Shown here in pieces: positions 51,794 to 63,253 of a stretch of DNA of 64,000 nucleotides (position 1 is its first letter; the number at the start of each line of letters is the position of its first letter). Under the pieces are notes generated by a model. The model was not told where the DNA came from. It saw only the letters and a list, made by a program, of their open reading frames with translations, and did not search any database. Position numbers and translations under genes: made by a program. Origin of the DNA: Utricularia gibba (lineage: Eukaryota > Plantae > Magnoliophyta); contig CM007989.1 of assembly GCA_002189035.1 (NCBI GenBank), positions 5,456,001 to 5,520,000 on the forward strand, in the 5' to 3' direction.

Positions 51794-52543
51794 AGTGTCA
51801 TGTTTGATTATATAATACCACTAAATAAAAGATAGTATTATAACAATTATCGAATAATATTACTTTAAAATAATATTCTCAAAACTTACATAAGTAGTTC
51901 AGTTATCAAGATTTATACATACACGCATAAACGAGTTTTAGTAAGATGGACCTTAAGTTTAAAACTAATTTTCATATTGTTTTTAAAATTAATATTTTAC
52001 TTTGTTTTCGATCTTTTTTAAATTCCGTTAACATTATTGAGTCTGTTTAATTGTATTGTGACTTAAGCATTGTTATGATATTATTGAGTCTTTGGTTATG
52101 TAATTGTATTGCATTAGACACACATCAAAACAATATGAACATTGACTCCGTGCAAAAACAATTCCATCAATATATGTGTTGATAAATCAAATTATTATTA
52201 TATTTTTATTTTCAAGCAACATAATTTGATGGTATATCAAAATGATTTTTGATAATATGAATAAATTAAAATCAAATTTAGTGTAAAATTAGTATAAATC
52301 ACAAATATAAGCATCTTAATACAAGTATTTAACACAATTCTTTTAAAAGTGAACTTTTAAGTCAATTTAATATTAAAACAACGATATTTTACTACTTAAC
52401 CCCTTTGGACCCATCGGGGCTTTGCAATCTATTACGTTGAAGTTTTTTGAGAGGAACAATGATAACAACAATCTGGTCTAGTTCAAGAAAAAAAAAGACA
52501 TTATAATAAACCACAAATTATTGTTCTTGGAAAATTTTATAGC

Positions 52544-53050
52544 TGGTATGGGAGAAAATCAACACTGGGGTCAAAACCGATTTTAGGTTTGTGAAAATGG
52601 CCGGATGTGTCAGATCCGGGTACGGTTTGAATGCGTCGTTTGATGCGTTTTACCAAAATAAAGAGGTGGAGATTTTTTACGTGAAAACTGCCAAATGACG
52701 GAAAAATCACGGAACTATCAGAACTCGCCGGAGAAAACCTTCACTAGGTGGAGGTGAGAAGAGAAATATCAATTGGAAAGCTAATGATCGAACCCTTTTT
52801 CATTCAGGATTCCTTTTACTTATAGAAGAGATCGATCTGACCGAATTCTAACTTTGGTAGTTATCCATTGTTTTATACGCTTGTACTATGATCCTTCTTT
52901 TTAGAAAATCGCCACATGCTTTGCCGTAATTCGGTCACTTTTCAGACTGTGTGTGGCACATATTAGTCTGTCGGCCGACGTTATCCTGTCAGAGCACCTT
53001 TTGACAGCTTTTCAAAGACCGATTAATGATATCTGATTTATACCCCATCA
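52544..53050 (-). mobile_element. Solo LTR, 507 bp, related to 48072-48614 and in opposite orientation
   Basis: TG...CA termini with perfect TSD ATAGC (52539-52543, 53051-53055). The minus strand begins TGATGGGGTATAAATCAG..AATCGGTCTTTGAAAAGCTGTCAAAAG, similar to TGATAGGGGATAAACCGG..AATCGGCTCTTAAAAGTCTGTCAAAAG. Confidence 0.85.
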
Positions 53051-53219
53051 ATAGCATAAACGAAAAGAGAGAAAAAAAGGCTATTCCCTCCCATTCAGAC
53101 TTGAAACGTGAAATCCAAACATATTTTATTCTAATAAATTATACAAAATATATTATTAATAATATTTTGATAAACTTGTGGCTCCTGCGCCTCGCCTCTT
53201 TGTCCCAAGTCTGAAGCGA

Positions 53220-53227
53220 TAGGGTTT
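53220..53227 (-). promoter_or_regulatory. Telo-box (AAACCCTA) upstream of RPL27
   Basis: TAGGGTTT lies about 65 bp upstream of the ATG. Telo-boxes are typical of plant genes for translation machinery. Function here is untested. Confidence 0.5.
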
Positions 53228-53289
53228 TTGTTATTTGATTTTGGATAGGAGACGACGAGCAACGCGAAGATAGTGAGGAGGATCGCGAA

Positions 53290-54132
53290 ATGGCTGCCGT
53301 GAGTCTCAGTTTCAATCTCGCCGCCACTTTCAAGGGTCTGGCACTGGCTCCCAGTTCATCCGCTTCCTTTCTCAGAGGCGATTTCGGATGGCCTGCCCCG
53401 GGACAAAACACCGCCGTTTCAGCCCCCATCAAGTTCCCTCTTACCATCGAGTCTGCCCACAAGAAAGGAGCCGGTAGCACCAAAAATGGCCGCGATTCGC
53501 CTGGCCAGAGACTCGGAGTCAAGATATATGGCGACCAACTTGCCAAGGCTGGCTCCATTATCGTCCGCCAACGCGGCACCAAGGTTCGTGTTCTTACGTT
53601 GCTCTGACATAGGACAGACCTGCGGGGTCGTTCAGATTTGCTTTACATTGTTTAGTTATTCTGAGAAGGGAGAATTGAGGGGTGGCTTGAATTCGCTCTA
53701 CGCTTTTATGTCAGCACTGAAGATGTTCTGTTCTTACACCCATTGCCTGCAATTGCTGTTTGATCAAGGGGTGGTTTTCTGATTCAATGGGCCTTCAGTT
53801 TCACGCAGGGAACAACGTGGGTCTGGGTAGGGATCATACCCTTTTCTCCTTGATAGATGGACTTGTCAAGTTTGAGAAGTATGGACCTGATAGGAAAAAG
53901 GTATTCCCATCTGCTGCAATCGCTTTGTTCTACTTGAGTGTGTCTGCAGTTGAATTCATGAGTATTCGTTTGCTTCATTCATCAGGTAAGTGTCTATCCT
54001 CATGTGCCGGAACCTGAGAATCCAAACAGTTACAGAGCAAGAAAGAGAGAGGCGTTCAGATTACAAAGAGAGCGAGCAGCAGCAAGAAAAGAAGGCTATG
54101 CTATTGCCTTACAGTCACTGCAAAGCGAATAG
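53290..54132 (+). CDS. RPL27: Nuclear-encoded plastid 50S ribosomal protein L27 (bL27c); 3 exons: 53290-53583, 53799-53900, 53986-54132
   Basis: Ser/Ala-rich transit peptide, then [40 protein letters not shown]|[34 protein letters not shown]|[17 protein letters not shown] (plant plastid C-terminal extension). Confidence 0.96.
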
Positions 54133-54689
54133 ACCAGTGGCCATCATCGCATTTAGTGCTTTCTCATTTTGTACTGCAGACAACACGTCATTGTAACATG
54201 CAATTGCTCTGTTTATTCTGAAATGCTCGTCATCCATGCAATGCACAACCAAAGAACAAATCAAACGCAATAGTATCTCATTATTTGAAGCCTTTCCTTG
54301 CCCAGCTTAACGCTGAGGTCTTCCGTATAGATTTGCATACATATGGACCTTACTCTGTACACAAGAATCAAGGTCAAATCGATTTGTTTACCAATTGTGT
54401 CCTAATAGTGTTAGGCTTCTCAAATAAACACATCCCTTCTTTGTATTTTTGACGCTTGCTCACTGTTACTGTTACGGCATTTGCGAGTTTGTGAAAGGAT
54501 TTTCTGTAAAGTGGCTTATGAATCTAGAATGCAATGAAATTGGATAACCTGGGAAAACAGAAAACATTGGGGGTGTTCACACACACCAGGAAGAGGTATG
54601 AAGATGGAAGAAGTTTGTAAGAAATTACAAGAATTTGAGTTACTCATTCACCTTGAAGCTTGAGGTTGTCTTCTTTCTAGCAAAAGCCA

Positions 54690-55064
54690 GTCATTGTCTT
54701 CTACTTCTTCTTTTCTCAATATACTTGCTGTTACGGGAGAATGACGAAGTACATTTCATCAGAAATCGCACCAAGAATCCACTTCGAAGGAGCCGATCGG
54801 ATATTGGCCTTCTGGAATCGGTTGGAATTGTGATGCAGGGGATGTCTCTCCGATGAAGTGGTCCTATAGACTTGGATGATGAGCCAGAGCAACCACCATT
54901 TCTCTCCATAGTTGATCGTTCATGCTCCTGAGCTGCCCACATTAGCGGCCATCAAAGAAAGCAAGAGCATGGAATTATGAGGAAGCTTCAAGGGGAAGAA
55001 AAGAGGAACAATGGGAACAAAAGAAATGCATACGCAAGCAGAGGAATTAAGATATATTAGTCAT
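54690..55064 (-). other. Possible decayed CLE/CLV3-like peptide locus (candidate only)
   Basis: A minus-strand frame reads RTTSSERHPLHHN (54865-54827), versus CLV3 RTVPSGPDPLHH (7 of 12 identical). A hydrophobic stretch ILIPLLAYAFLLFPLFLFSS lies upstream in another frame. No intact ATG-to-motif ORF. Confidence 0.2.
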
Positions 55065-57859
55065 TCACTACACGTTTGTTACACCCATAACAAAGGCTTT
55101 TAAAGAAGAATAAACGACAAAGTATGCAACACCTTTCCACACATTGCCTTAATCAAACACTCTAACAAAGTGAATAATCAACCATACCATGTACAGGTTT
55201 GAATGAATTGGATCACTCCATTTGATACATCAACCTTCTTATCTCTCATATCTTTATTATTTTATTCTACCTTACCGATTGTCTTTTACAACAAATACAT
55301 ACCAAAACAAGTGTCTAAACATCTACATTTAGGATTACTTAATATATATATATATATAACTTCATTTTCCATATTTCAATACTTGTCAAGTATTTTTTAG
55401 ACATACTTGTACACTTACAATAGTACATACCACAATTATCATGTGTAAAGCACATTGAAAACCAGTCACTCAAACAACTTGGTACAACTTGGCAGCCGTT
55501 CGCTAGCCTAACACCTCATTCTCCTCTAATTTTTAAATATATAAAACGGAATTAATAGAATATGTAATACATCTATTCGAACAAACACATGCAAACCAAC
55601 TAGTTCTAAAAAACAAGAAAAGCCAAAGTTGTGTAAATGCAAGAAATTGGAAGTGCAATATATAAAATGTGCAGTAAAGAAAAACATTTAGCAGATTCTC
55701 CATTAATTTTGGCTCTTCTTACGTTTGAGTTCTTTTCGAACTACTCAACTGAACATTGCAATACTAAAGTTTTGCTACAATGTCATGCTGGAACACTTCA
55801 TCTCCTCTATATGCGGGAAGTGTAGAATCCTCTCAAAAAAATTTCCCCCAATTGGAGATAGTGTTGCAATTGGTTTCAAAACAATTGGTTTTAGTTCAGA
55901 ACATCATGGTTTTTACAATCATCGATTCATAAATCACGGTTCACTATAGAGTTCGGTTCCAATTTTGTTGAAACTGTATTTTGAAACCTTGAACCGGAAT
56001 ACACAATTTTAGTTCTAAATTGGAATCGAAATTGTTGAACCAAACTGAAATCGTATGGATGCAGTTCGGACCAAGGTTATAAAAATGTATTTCCAAATAC
56101 CCATATGAATTTTTATGAGTGCTTGGAGAAAATATTTATAGGCACTTAGAACATTTGATATTGGTGCCTAGAGTAAGTGTTTACGACACCCACAATAGTG
56201 CATATGGGTGCCTAAATTACAACTGAATCATGATTCTTACTTTGAAAATGACCTTAATTGCCTAATAGAAATCTCTCTATTTAGTTTATTAATTACTCTA
56301 TATTTTACTTAGATGTAACCGTTTCACATACTCAATACATAAATGCACATCTACCCATGATGTACACTATTAAAATAACTCTAATTACCTCACAAAAGTT
56401 TATCATCTTACTGCTTTGTTCAACTTGAAAGCGGATAAAGAGCCCTATGAGATGATTGATAATGAACTCTCAACCCGTGTAGGTCCAATGAGGTTTGCAT
56501 TAAGCACATAGCATTTTCATTGTGGTTTACAATTGCCATTGTTTTTATTTATGGAAGAGTTATTAGAATGTTTAGAGATAACTTTGTCTCATTTGACTAC
56601 AAGTTCTATTACATATGTGTTAACATTTGTGAGTATTTATACTGAGTTGTGTCTCGAAATGGAATTTCGATACTTTTTTGCTGTGAGTGTATATTGTAAA
56701 ATTTGAGACACTTATCACTACATACTTGAGGAAAATAGAGGTTTAGTGCTAGTGGAAGATGTGAAGATAGGATATGAAGAATGTTGGATCAATTTCATTT
56801 GGATCCATCTTCCAACATAACCAAAATTTCTCCAAAGGCACTCTAATTCGAGCCAAGTAGGCAAAGCCAAAAGTAAATTTTTAATGCACATTTACTAGAA
56901 ATGAAACCTAAAATATGTCATTTTTTTCATATTTTCTTGTAGGGTTTGATACTTTGAGTAAGAGTGATGCACAAGATCTCATATATCTCTCTTCAAGTGT
57001 GTAAAAGAATTTGAATGATATTCTACCACTATTTGTGAATGCATCGGGGATAAAATTCTATTGGTGTGGTGTTTTGATTAACGCGAGATCTCACAAGCAT
57101 GATAGAGTGGCATGTCTAATGAAGGAAAATAAAGAGTTTCGCTATAAGGTGAAGCGGTATGCAAGCCCTTGGGCCTACATCTTTCAATGACATAGAGCCA
57201 CAAGAACAAGAATCTCTCCAGAAAAAATCCGCTCGAGTAGGTATTCCTTTGATTAGCACAGCACATGTTTCTATTTTCCTTATACATTTGTATATTAATA
57301 CTTTATGAGAGGTGTTGGTCTTTATTGTTTAATGTAAGCAGTGTATTCATGTTTATATGCCTTGAATTTATTAGATGGTGCTTAGATAACTTTGATATAG
57401 GCATTTGGTTTTCTTGTGGTGGGTAATGTATTTGCATAATTTTTTTCTCATTTTAAAATTACCGAAATGCTTATGTATGATACCCTTTGAAGGGATCAGC
57501 TACAAGAAATAACTCGATATGTCTTTCAACCATCATTATTCGACAAACTCATTTTTCTATTGGACCAATCAATGACTTTGAACACAAGGGTACATGCTCA
57601 CACCAATCCTAATACCACGAGCTTTATAAAGGAGTTGGGTTGAATATGGTGTGTGAATAATTGGTTGGATACAAGGTATGATCATCACAATACCCTCTTG
57701 ATTGATGACTCATCTTAGAAGTCAATGAGAAATCTGATGAATCATTTTTGCTATTTGCAACTAGTAAGAACTATGTTATATATCAAGATTAACCTTGCAT
57801 CTTTCACGTAAACGATACTATTTTTCCAGCCCCTAATATGCACACACTGATACAAAGAA

Positions 57860-58525
57860 TGATAAACAAAAATTTTGAATATCGTTGTAATAAAATAAAA
57901 TTTTCGTATCAAATAAATTTGTAAACCCTAATTTACATAAATACAAATTAAACACAAGATGTATAGTGGAATTTCAAGGTCGATCAAGTAGCTAGTGCTT
58001 GCTAAGTATTTTTATTAGATGTAGGATTATAAAATAAACATGTCTCTTAGTCTAAACTTAAACGGTTAATGGTACACAAATTCAGTAAATAAAATCAAAT
58101 CACAAGAGAAAAGGTAACAAGTACAGGCTTGGTGCACAATGTAATACCATGATGCATCAAGATAATTTAGGTGATGTGACACTAAAGTCTCTAAATTAAT
58201 CTACAATGTTCCTATATGTACAACTCCAAATAACTTAAATCTATCAAGATTATTTCTTATGTTTTCAGTTAAGATAGCCCCCAATGTCATCAGTCATTCA
58301 CATTTAGGTCTATCTATATATGAAACATGTAAAATTAGATTTACCCAACTCTACTTGTTTTATTTAGGACTAATACCTACTATCCCCATCTTTACTCATG
58401 GTATACCTTTAAATCAAACATTTGAGGTGCAAAGCTATTTGTCCCTTTTAGGTCTTCCCAAGAAATGATAGAAATAAAAACTAACTATAGAATGATCACT
58501 TTCACACACCTTAAGGCATCCCTAA
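57860..58525 (-). mobile_element. Partial LTR of the Athila-like family
   Basis: Colinear with 23858-~24560 (TGATAAAC.AAAATTTTGAATATCGTTG.AATAAAAT.., GTTTTCAGTTAAGATAGCC), roughly 70-75% identical by eye. Confidence 0.8.
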
Positions 58526-60036
58526 TATCTATGAATCTTAGATTAAATCTTCATCTTTTGATTGAGTCTTGGGCTAAGATTCACGATCTATCAAACCCAT
58601 AATTTGTCAGATCTTAATTTCTCTTTAAATTAATTTAAAAATGCTCTAAAAATTTCCAGACTCCCACTCATAACTACAAATGGTAGTTTTGAAAAACAAA
58701 TGGCCTTAACAACCAAGGATCAACGATAAAAAATAAACCAACATATGCAAAATATTGCACAACCCATGGTTTAAATCTAATGACGATCAGATAGTAGCTA
58801 AACCTAGCTCTAATACCACTATTGATTTAAACAATGGGAAAAATGGTTTTCTAGAAATTTATTTGATTATTGATTTTCAGAATTTATTTTTCAATTTAAA
58901 GATCAAGTTTTGAAACATCTTATGCAAATGTTTCTTGGCTCTTCATTCAGGCAATATTATGAATGATATGTGATATTATTCGTTTATTGTTAAAGCATGC
59001 GATGTTGCGACTATGTGAGTGTTTATATCAAGAATGGCATGTGTACCTGAGATATTAAATGACTTATATGGTTGCTAGGTGAATGGGTTTACGTGACTAG
59101 CATTTTATTCAAGAATGGCATGGGTACCTGAGAATAGAAATGTTAGGAGCAAAGATAGAATTGCATATGAGATATGTGAATTAAGTTGTTGATTGGTGTT
59201 TTACATGCTTCGAGAATATCATATGTACTTGAGGAGATATAGAGTAAGGATAATTCTATCTGTTATATTGTGCATATCTTGTTTATGTGATAAACATGAA
59301 TGTAGTAGTCAATTAGTCGAAGTCTGTGACTTCTTGATTGATGTGGATGCTTGAATATATGCAGATCTTGCTAATTCTCCGTTTACAGGAAAAATGAAGT
59401 TGAAATCAAACAATCCCATCGCCAGTATTCTCGATGACAACAAGTTGGTTGGTCCCAACTTTGTGGATTGGCTGAGGAACCTGAAACTTGTTCCGCAATA
59501 TGAGCGAGCCACTAGTGTATTGGATGGAAAGCCACCTGTGCCAGTTGATCCATCTAATCCCACAGATATGGAGCACGAGGTGCTTGCTCAGTGGGAGACG
59601 AATGACAACACGGCAAGGTGTTACATGTTGGCCTCTATGAATTCTGATTTGCAGAGGCAATATGAGAATTACACCACTTCCATCTTGGAACACTTGCGAG
59701 AGCTGTACGGTGCATCGAGCAGATCCTCTCGATATTGGATGTCAAGTAGACTGTTTGGTGCACGTATGGAGGAGTTCAAATGTTAGTGCACATGTGAATT
59801 CTATGATTATGCTCATAGAAGGGCTGGAAAATCTTGATTTCAAGACGTACGCTGATTTGAAGACTGATCTGGTTCTGCAATTGCTTCCAAAGTCATTTGG
59901 AAGCTTCATTACAAATTTTCACATGAATCAGATCAGTTGCTCGCTAGCAGAACTCAATAATAAGTTGACGATTGTCCAAAGAAACACTTCTTCTAGCAAG
60001 ACAAGAGAAGTTATAGTTTTATTCCAAAAAGATTAA
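58526..60036 (+). mobile_element. Truncated Ty1/copia (Angela-like) leader and gag fragment, with an oppositely oriented PBS
   Basis: gag NPIASILDDNKLVGPNFVDWLRNLKLV..ARCYMLASMNSDLQRQYE and DLVLQLLPKSFGSFITNFHMN (59394-60036, frameshifted). Minus-strand PBS TGGTATTAGAGC at 58818-58807. Confidence 0.8.
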
Positions 60037-60993
60037 AGTAATATAAAAGATGTAAAATTAATTAAAAATAATAAGAATATGAAGTCTAAAGTAAATAAAA
60101 ATAACATTAAAGAATAATGAAAAAATATGTTTTGTAATGATGTAAAATCATTTATCATTCTAGAATCAAGATGTATACATGAATGCTCTATGTGATGCAA
60201 TATGTGCATCATTTAGTAGACAAATTAAAAGTGTATGTTAATACTAAGTTCAATTTATATCTTGTTGTTTATAAAGTTTATGTAGATTAACTATCATTTG
60301 TTATGTATATTATTAAAGTTGAATAAATTTTATATTGGTATTACTTTATTCCACATTAGAATTCAGATAATCATAAAAGCATTAAAAACTATAAAAATTA
60401 TATAAAAATTAACTTTAAAATATTAAATTATAATTATATCGAAAAAATAAATATATTTAATAAATTTTAAAAGTTATGTCAAACACTCTACTTATAACTT
60501 TTACAATAAATTAAAATAAACAATTTGTACTTCTTTCTTCACTTCAACTTCTAATTACTATTACTCATTAATTAATTAAAAGTAGTGCAAAGCATTCCCA
60601 TTGTTTTCCTTCATCACTCTTGCCCAGCTTTTCCATGCTGAAAAATGATGTTTTCATCCTTAGCTCAAGCCTTATGGAATGAGTCATCCATTATGATGCT
60701 GATCTAAGAGACAAGTGTCTTTGCACTCGTCAATCCCTTATTGGAGCCTCATTCTTTTTTTTCATTATTAATGATTCTTAATGATTCCATTCCCGAATAC
60801 TAAACTCCAAGATTTCCCATTTGAAGGCTGCTTGCTTGACATCAAATCCTATTTGACTTGATCCAATTAAGAAATGAAGGATGCAGCAGGATTAGCCCCC
60901 AATTTATGATATCTCAATTCAAACAACACTTTTTCACTCATTCTTGAGGCTTGTAAAATACTGAACGCCGAGGACTCCAAACCTCCGATTCCC

Positions 60994-61952
60994 ATGGATC
61001 CCGACGCATTGGCCAAGGCTTTCGTGGACCACTACTACTCCACCTTCGATGCCAATCGTGCTGCTCTTGCTAATCTCTACCAGGAAGGCTCTATGCTCAC
61101 TTTTGAGGGGCAGAAGATCAGTGGAGCGCAGAATATTGTCGCCAAGCTCATCGGCCTCCCGTTTCAGCAGTGTCAGCATCAAATCAGCACCGTAGATTTC
61201 CAGCCCTCCGGCCCGGCTGGGGGCATGCTTGTTTTTGTCTCAGGAAACATTCAGCTTGCCGGTGAGCAGCATGCCCTTAAGTTCAGTCAGGTATCATCTC
61301 GAGTGCCTCGCTTTTTCATCCGCTTCCACAACGTTGCTATCCATCTCGTATTTAATTCTCTCTTGGTTCAAGTGATTAGATAGAGGCTGCTCGTTTGGGT
61401 GTATGGCTGTCAGTTCCTCCATTGGCGAATATAATCAACTTTTATGCAGTGAATTACAGAATTCCTACCACGAAGTTTAGGGTTTTTTATCAGGATTATC
61501 TTGATGTTGACTGTGATTCAGCAACCCCCGCACTGCAATTGGGCACATTTGCAATTGTTACTTGGGCTACAATATTTGTGTGATCCATCTATGCAGAGGG
61601 GTGCTCTGCAATCTCATACCCCTCCTAATCCCACACGTATCCCGTTTTTTCGCTTTGGATACCTCTTGCTGTTGAAACTTTCTAAAAATTCCACATGTTC
61701 AACATATTTAGGCTTACTTCTTTATTTTTTGTTGTAGTGATGAAATAACTCTGCTTGGATGAGTGTTGTCATGAGAGTGTGTTTACTTGCATCCTTGGCG
61801 TTGCTACCATTTCCTCTTAAAAACCTTGCGATTGATAAAGGCTAATTGTTATCTCAACTCTGTTGTGTTCTTTCCAGATGTTCCATTTGATGCCAACTCC
61901 TCAAGGAAGCTTCTATGTGTTTAATGATATTTTCCGCTTAAACTATGCCTGA
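60994..61952 (+). CDS. NTF2: Nuclear transport factor 2 (123 aa; exons 60994-61290, 61878-61952)
   Basis: MDPDALAKAFVDHYYSTFDANRAALANLYQEGSMLTFEGQKI..HALKFSQ|MFHLMPTPQGSFYVFNDIFRLNYA*, the canonical plant NTF2 sequence. Confidence 0.97.
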
Positions 61953-62379
61953 TGCCCAGGATTTCTACTGAAACTCAAGCGTGTCCCGAATGGAGTATGC
62001 AGTTTCCATTTCTCATATTCATCTTCTTCTCTGCGGTGTCCTTTTTCTCAGACAATTTGAAGGTTCCAGACCTTTTGTCTTGTTGAGATGAGATGAAACT
62101 GATTGGATGGAGTTATGGTTGAATTGGAAAACTGCATTCCTTCTCCTTATGTTTGTATGCCCAAAAGAGTGAGGCTTTTTCGAGCCCCTTTGCTCTAGAA
62201 GCTGAGACTTAGGATTTGAGAAATAACTGTGCACAATCTAATCTATGACCAAGCCAAGACTGAAAGGAAAGATTTGCTCCCATTGATATTGAAATTTCCT
62301 CTGATGGTTACTTGGAGTTGAGTTTGTTACCTTGCTCCCATGTTATATGCAAAAAAACAGTGTGTTTGGGGGAGGGGGG

Positions 62380-62586
62380 CTAGACATAGACGTGTATGTC
62401 AAGAACGATGAGGAAGAGGATGAGAAGCAAACCGAAGATGATGGTGTGGAGGATCATGGCGGCAATGCTCGTCTTCATGTTGAGAAAATCCACCGGCTTA
62501 TCCTTTGCCGGAATCTGGAGAACGAATCCAGGGCAGAGGAACAGGAAAAGCGCAGTCGCGATCATCAAGCTCGCGTAGTCGTTCAT
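62380..62586 (-). CDS. DUF3339 small membrane protein (68 aa, MxDYA subtype)
   Basis: MNDYASLMIATALFLFLCPGFVLQIPAKDKPVDFLNMKTSIAAMILHTIIFGLLLILFL: family pattern LFxxLxPG..Q.P....F..MKTS..A..VH..IF. Single exon. Confidence 0.9.
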   Translation of the reverse strand: MNDYASLMIATALFLFLCPGFVLQIPAKDKPVDFLNMKTSIAAMILHTIIFGLLLILFLIVLDIHVYV

Positions 62587-62961
62587 CCTCCAACCGCGTG
62601 CCCTCTTCCTCCTCCCAGCACCACATCAAAATGAGGGAGGCATATAAGCAACAAAGCCTCATCGCCAGAATGGAATCTCATTCCAAAGCAGATGGAATAA
62701 GAATATGTTGCTGCTTTTGGGTTGCTTTTGCAGATGCCCGAAAAGGGATGAAGAATGACCACTTAACCATCAACTCGGTGCTTGTGAAAACAGAGAGGCG
62801 TGTAAGTTCGTCAAGTGATACAATGAGTTGGTAAAGGGCTCGAAATGTGGGTTGGGTACAAGTGACTATAAAACTAGCAGTTGAACTCATCCAGTGACCA
62901 CTTTTTGGGGTTGGGAATCTCCATCTCCATCTGCTCTCCTGGTTTTGGAAAGAAGGAAGGA

Positions 62962-63171
62962 ATGGCGGATTGGGGGCCGGTGGTGGTCGGGGTGGTTCTC
63001 TTCATCCTCCTCCAACCAGGTCTCGTATTCCAAGTCCCCGGAAACAACCGCGCCATCGTGTTCGGGAGCATCAAAACCAACGGCAAAGCCGTCGCGTTGC
63101 ACACCCTCTTCTTCTTCATTTTATACGCTCTTCTGATCCTGGCAGCCCGTGTTCACATCCACACTGGCTGA
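62962..63171 (+). CDS. DUF3339 small membrane protein (69 aa, MADWGPV subtype)
   Basis: MADWGPVVVGVVLFILLQPGLVFQVPGNNRAIVFGSIKTNGKAVALHTLFFFILYALLILAARVHIHTG. The true start is the ATG at 62962, not the ORF-track start. TATAAAA at 62867-62873. Confidence 0.93.
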   Translation: MADWGPVVVGVVLFILLQPGLVFQVPGNNRAIVFGSIKTNGKAVALHTLFFFILYALLILAARVHIHTG

Positions 63172-63218
63172 CCATCTTCTATGTATTCTAACCTTCCCTT
63201 CTCCTGTAGTGGTGTCTT

Positions 63219-63220
<2 letters not shown>

Positions 63221-63250
<30 letters not shown>
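63221..63250. repeat. (TC)15 microsatellite in the 3' region of the second DUF3339 gene
   Basis: Counted directly. Confidence 0.92.

Positions 63251-63253
<3 letters not shown>

Noticed and set aside
54691-54942. 83-aa minus-strand ORF MWAAQEHERS.. as a protein-coding gene
   Set aside because: No recognisable family or signal peptide; only the alternative-frame CLE-like motif is kept as a lead.
55857-57850. Scattered hAT-MITE-like (AACCG/CGGTT) and LTR-like fragments
   Set aside because: No boundaries, TSDs or coding motifs that I can verify.
61730-61800. Box C (GTGATGA) in the NTF2 intron as an intronic snoRNA
   Set aside because: No CTGA box D at a suitable distance within the intron.
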